DNA of 64,000 nucleotides from Giardia intestinalis (Eukaryota): NCBI GenBank assembly GCA_000002435.2, contig CM018793.1; one strand, 5' to 3'. Shown piece by piece: positions 60,238 to 64,000 of this stretch (position 1 is its first letter; each line of letters starts with the position of its first letter). The notes under the pieces were generated by a model. It saw only the letters and a program-made list of their open reading frames with translations, ran no database searches and was not told where the DNA came from. The position numbers and the translations under genes were made by a program.

Positions 60238-62227
60238 ACAGCCTCTCTACTGATACCCCTGTTCGTGGTGAGCGCGCTTGCAGTAACCTGCCAGGCCGAT
60301 AAGTGCGAGACGGTCGGTAACACAGAGATCTGCACCCAGTGCAGGGCCGGGGCGTCCCGGTCGACGGCTTCTGCTGGCCCCCCGGCTTCCCCCAGGCCGC
60401 GGCAGCCGGGTGCACCGAGGAAGACGGGGTACCCTCGACAAGACGGCAGCCACCTGCGGGAAGTGCGGCGACGGGTACCTCCTCTTCATGGGCGGATGCT
60501 ACAAGACAGAGAGTCAGCCCGGCAGTGACATATGCACAGCAGCCAGTAACGGAGTATGCACTGAGTGTAATACAAAGAACGGCCTGTTCAAGAACCCTGC
60601 TACAGCACCAGAGAAAGGAAGGGAGTGCATACTCTGTCATGATGCCACGGGAGCAGATGGATATATGGGAGTCGAGGGCTGCGCTACATGTACAGCACCA
60701 ACTAATAATAAGGGGGCAGCCACGTGCACAGAGTGTCAAGATGGGTACTACAACGATGGTGGCGCATGTAAGAAGTGCGTTGATGGATGCATAGACTGCA
60801 CCGGTGCAAATCAATGCACAACATGTGAGGACGGGAAATACCTGAAGAATAATCAATGTGTAGATGCTGGTCAATGTGATCAAGGCACCTATGCAGACCC
60901 GACAACAGGCCAATGCAAGCCATGTGGAATAACTGACTGTGCCACCTGTGAGTACAATGCAACTATTAGTCAACCACAGTGTAAGACCTGCAGTACTAGT
61001 AGTAACAAGATGGTGAAGACAGCGGCAGACGGGACGACCACTTGTGTCGATGATGGTGGATGTACAAATGGCAATACGCACTTTGTTGAAGGTACTAACC
61101 AAAAGCTTTGTGTCCCATGTGGTGATACTACAAATGGTGGGGTTCTAGGTTGTAGTACTTGCTCCTCTAAAACTACATGTACAAAGTGCCTCGACGGATA
61201 CTACGATAGTGGTAGTGGTACGGTTACATGCACCGCTTGTCCAGGTGCTAACTGTGCCACCTGTGTTAAAGATACAAAAGACCAATGCACGACCTGTAAG
61301 CCTGGGTTCTTCTTGAAGGATAGCTCCTCTGGTGAGTGCATCTCATGTAGTGACAAAAACAATGGGGGCCACGAAGGGTGCAGTGCATGCTCTAGCAACG
61401 GTGCTTTCAAGTGCACTGACTGTAAGCCTAACTACAAAAAAGAGGGAACTTCAGACAACTATACATGTGTGAAGACTTGTGAGGACGAGACGGCTTGTGG
61501 TGGTACTTCTGGGGCCTGTGATGCAATAGTAATTGACGAGAATGGCAACACAAAGCATTATTGTTCATTCTGTGGGGAGAGTGGTAAGTTCCCTATAGAT
61601 GGTCTCTGTGCTAGTGACAAGGCTAATAATAATGGATGTGCCAATGGTGTCTGTACATCATGTACTGCTGCTAACTACTTCCTCTATATGGGTGGTTGTT
61701 ATAAGGTTAATACAGTACCAGGTAGTCATATGTGCAAGACAGCTAACAACGGTGTCTGTACAGCTGTTAGTGAGAACAATAAGTACTTCATAGTCCCAGG
61801 GGCATCCAATCAGAATCAGTCTGTACTAGCATGTGGTAACCCCCTAGGCACACTAGTAGATACTAAGGCATACGTGGGGGTCGAGGGCTGCTCTCAGTGT
61901 ACAGCCCCGACAGCTCTAACAACAGCTGGCATGACCGCTGCTGTGTGTACCTCCTGTGACAGTGATAGGAAGCCCAACAAGGATGGTACTGGGTGTGTGC
62001 TGTGCTCTGACACCAACTGCAAGAGCTGTGTGATGGACGGTGTGTGTGAGGAGTGCAACAGTGGCTTCAGCCTAGACAGCAGTGGGGCCTCCTGTGTGTC
62101 CTCTGGCGCCAACAGGAGCGGGCTCTCCACGGGGGCCATCGCGGGGATCTCCGTCGCCGTGGTCGTCGTCGTGGGGGGCCTCGTGGGCTTCTTGTGTTGG
62201 TGGTTTGTGTGTAGAGGGAAGGCGTAG
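60238..62227 (+). pseudogene. VSP with signal-peptide-like N-terminus but no ATG, and two apparent frameshifts in the first ~200 nt
   Basis: Frame A (within ORF 60130..60528): SLLIPLFVVSALAVTCQADKCETVGNTEICTQCRAG. Frame B (60339..): VPVDGFCWPPGFPQAAAAGCTEEDGVPS. Frame C (60410..62227, 605 aa): TLDKTAATCGKCGDGYLLFMGGCYKT...GLVGFLCWWFVCRGKA*. Together these rebuild a canonical VSP N-terminus. Both shifts fall in homopolymer runs (ggcccccc..cccc and gacgggg|tac). No ATG or AT-rich initiator lies upstream of the hydrophobic core. Confidence 0.55.
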
Positions 62228-62237
62228 GTACTTAGGT

Positions 62238-62244
62238 AGTGAAT
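62238..62244 (+). promoter_or_regulatory. AGTRAAY-type polyadenylation signal downstream of a VSP stop
   Basis: agtgaat ~11 nt after the TAG. The same element follows the stops of the minus-strand VSPs (agtgaat at copies 2, 3 and the complete VSP; agtaaac at copy 1). Confidence 0.5.
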
Positions 62245-62289
62245 GCTATGAGTGATGATAATGGGTGATAGTGGGTGATAGTATGATAG

Positions 62290-64000
62290 TGGAGTGTGAT
62301 ATGCACAACAGCCAGTAACGGAGTATGCACTGCTTGTAATACAGCTAACGGCCTGTTCAAGAACCCAGCTACAGCACCGAAGTCTGGTAGTGAGTGCATC
62401 CTGTGCTGGGATACCAAGGGAGCAGATGGATATACGGGGGTGGCTAACTGCGCCACATGTACGGCACCAGCTAGTAGTCCAGGACCTGCCACGTGTACTG
62501 AGTGCAAGGCTGGGTACGTTACGAAGGACAGTGCATGTGAGAAGTGCCAAGGGAACTGTGCCACCTGTGAGACTGAGGCGACCCACTGTACCTCTTGTAA
62601 GGGAAATACGTTCCTGAAGACTGATACTAACACTTGCGTAGAGGCTGGTCAATGCACTGGAAATAAGTACCCCGACCCAAGCACCGGCAAGTGCACAGCT
62701 TGTAACGCTCAAGAAGTGGGGATAGATGGATGCGACACATGTGAGTATGATACGACGCTGCAGAAGCCGAAGTGCCTGACCTGTACTGGTAAGATAGTCA
62801 AGGAAGAGGCCGACGGGACGACCACCTGCATTGCTGAGGGGGCTTGTACCCAAAACGGGAACGATGGTCCGAACTTTCTAACTGAACCGAACAAAAAGTG
62901 CATTCTCTGCAATAACACTGCAGATTCAACCCCTGGCAATACAGGTGTTCTTGGTTGTAGCACATGCTCTAAAGCTAATTCTGGTACAAATCCTCAGTGC
63001 AAGACATGCCTCGACGGATACTACAATAGCGCAAATAGTGGTAGTGGTACCGCTACATGCACAGTCTGTGGCGAGAATTGCGCCACCTGCACTCAAGCTG
63101 GCAATAATCAGTGTACTAAATGCAAGCCTGGATTCTTCATGAAAGGCAGTGGTCCTACTGGTGAGTGCCTTCCTTGTGATAATGCACAGGAGGGCATCGA
63201 TGGGTGTGCTGAGTGCACTGGTCCTGCAGGGTCCCTCAAGTGTACTAAGTGCAAGCCTAACAGGAAGCCCGTTGGAACCTCAGACAACTATACATGCACA
63301 GAGAAGACCTGCGAGGATACAACGGCTTGTGGGGGTACCTCTGGTGCCTGTGATGCCATGATAATAGATGATAAGGGCAATGCAAAGCACTACTGTTCCT
63401 ACTGTGGGGATAGTACTAAGTTCCCCATTGATGGACTATGTGTCAGTACTGGTAGCAATGCAAATGGTAATACTTGTACCAGTCATACATGTACATCATG
63501 TGCTGCTAACTACTTCCTCTATATGAACGGCTGTTATAGTGTATCAGCTCAACCTGGCAACTACATGTGCAAGAAAGCAGATAATAATGGGATATGCACA
63601 GAGGCGGCCAACAATAAGTACTTCATAGTCCCAGGGGCATCCAATCAGAATCAGTCTGTACTAGCATGTGGTAACCCCCTAGGCACACTAGTAGATACTA
63701 AGGCATACGTGGGGGTCGAGGGCTGCTCTCAGTGTACAGCCCCGACAGCTCTAACAACAGCTGGCATGACCGCTGCTGTGTGTACCTCCTGTGACAGTGA
63801 TAGGAAGCCCAACAAGGATGGTACTGGGTGTGTGCTGTGCTCTGACACCAACTGCAAGAGCTGTGTGATGGACGGTGTGTGTGAGGAGTGCAACAGTGGC
63901 TTCAGCCTAGACAGCAGTGGGGCCTCCTGTGTGTCCTCTGGCGCCAACAGGAGCGGGCTCTCCACGGGGGCCATCGCGGGGATCTCCGTCGCCGTGGTCG
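62290..64000 (+). pseudogene. VSP, 5'-truncated tandem copy (locus 2), runs off the window end
   Basis: After CRGKA* (62225), an AGTGAAT polyadenylation signal and a GTGATAG microsatellite, the frame reopens at TAG-TGG-AGT-GTG-ATA-TGC (*WSVICTTASNGVCTACNTANGLFKNPATAP...) and continues open to 64000. It is absent from the track because no stop falls inside the window. The C-terminal region is identical to the preceding copy (..SVLACGNPLGTLVDTKAYVGVEGCSQCTAPTALTTAGMTAAVCTSCDSDRKPNKDGTGCVLCSDTNCKSCVMDGVCEECNSGFSLDSSGASCVSSGANRSGLSTGAIAGISVAVV). Confidence 0.7.

Noticed and set aside
60182-61102. 306-aa minus-strand ORF, plus other antisense ORFs across VSPs (16661..17008, 16800..17327, 18667..18972, 61894..62853, 62232..62633)
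   Set aside because: Antisense or alternate frames of Cys-codon-rich VSP sequence (TGC/TGT lack stops on the opposite strand). Many are duplicated verbatim because the VSP DNA is duplicated.
1-64000. CRISPR arrays, prophage or IS elements, operon structure
   Set aside because: The window is eukaryotic (Giardia-like). No direct-repeat/spacer arrays or transposase ORFs were seen. The only repeat systems are the VSP-associated ones reported above.

Overview
This window reads as protist DNA, almost certainly Giardia intestinalis (lamblia), not prokaryotic. Three things point that way: Cys-rich CXXC surface-protein ORFs ending in the invariant ...GLVGFLCWWF(V/I)CRGKA* tail of variant-specific surface proteins (VSPs); an annexin-like alpha-giardin; and a NEK-type kinase fused to ankyrin repeats. 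About 35 compact, intron-free genes are discernible, with many short AT-rich initiator-like sequences directly upstream of ATGs. The housekeeping set includes RPS23, RPL36e, a PepD dipeptidase, RbAp48/RBBP4, an ABCG transporter, a phosducin-like protein, a diflavin oxidoreductase, a DTW-domain protein, a condensin-II kleisin, a USP deubiquitinase, a TLDc protein, a 2-Cys peroxiredoxin and axonemal dynein LC1. A long S1-repeat (RRP5-like) gene runs off the left edge. The ORF track appears to exclude ORFs that run off the window and to accept GTG/TTG starts, so a leading M in the track is not always an ATG.

The accessory content is two VSP loci. Locus 1 (15.98-22.77 kb, minus strand) is a head-to-tail array of one complete signal-peptide-bearing VSP (37-aa repeats x3.5) followed by three 5'-truncated VSP copies. 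Each truncated copy begins directly after the previous copy's AGTRAAY polyadenylation signal and a GTGATAG microsatellite, with no ATG or signal peptide. Locus 1 plus a divergently oriented NEK-ankyrin kinase (apparently frameshifted) forms a 9.66-kb cassette bracketed by essentially identical 1.26-kb inverted repeats (14504-15766 and 25425-26687). Locus 2 (60.2->64 kb, plus strand) holds a VSP with a signal-peptide-like N-terminus but no ATG and two frameshifts at homopolymers, then another 5'-truncated copy running off the window. It shares mosaic identical blocks with locus 1, which suggests segmental gene conversion. No CRISPR, rRNA or confidently identified tRNA was seen.
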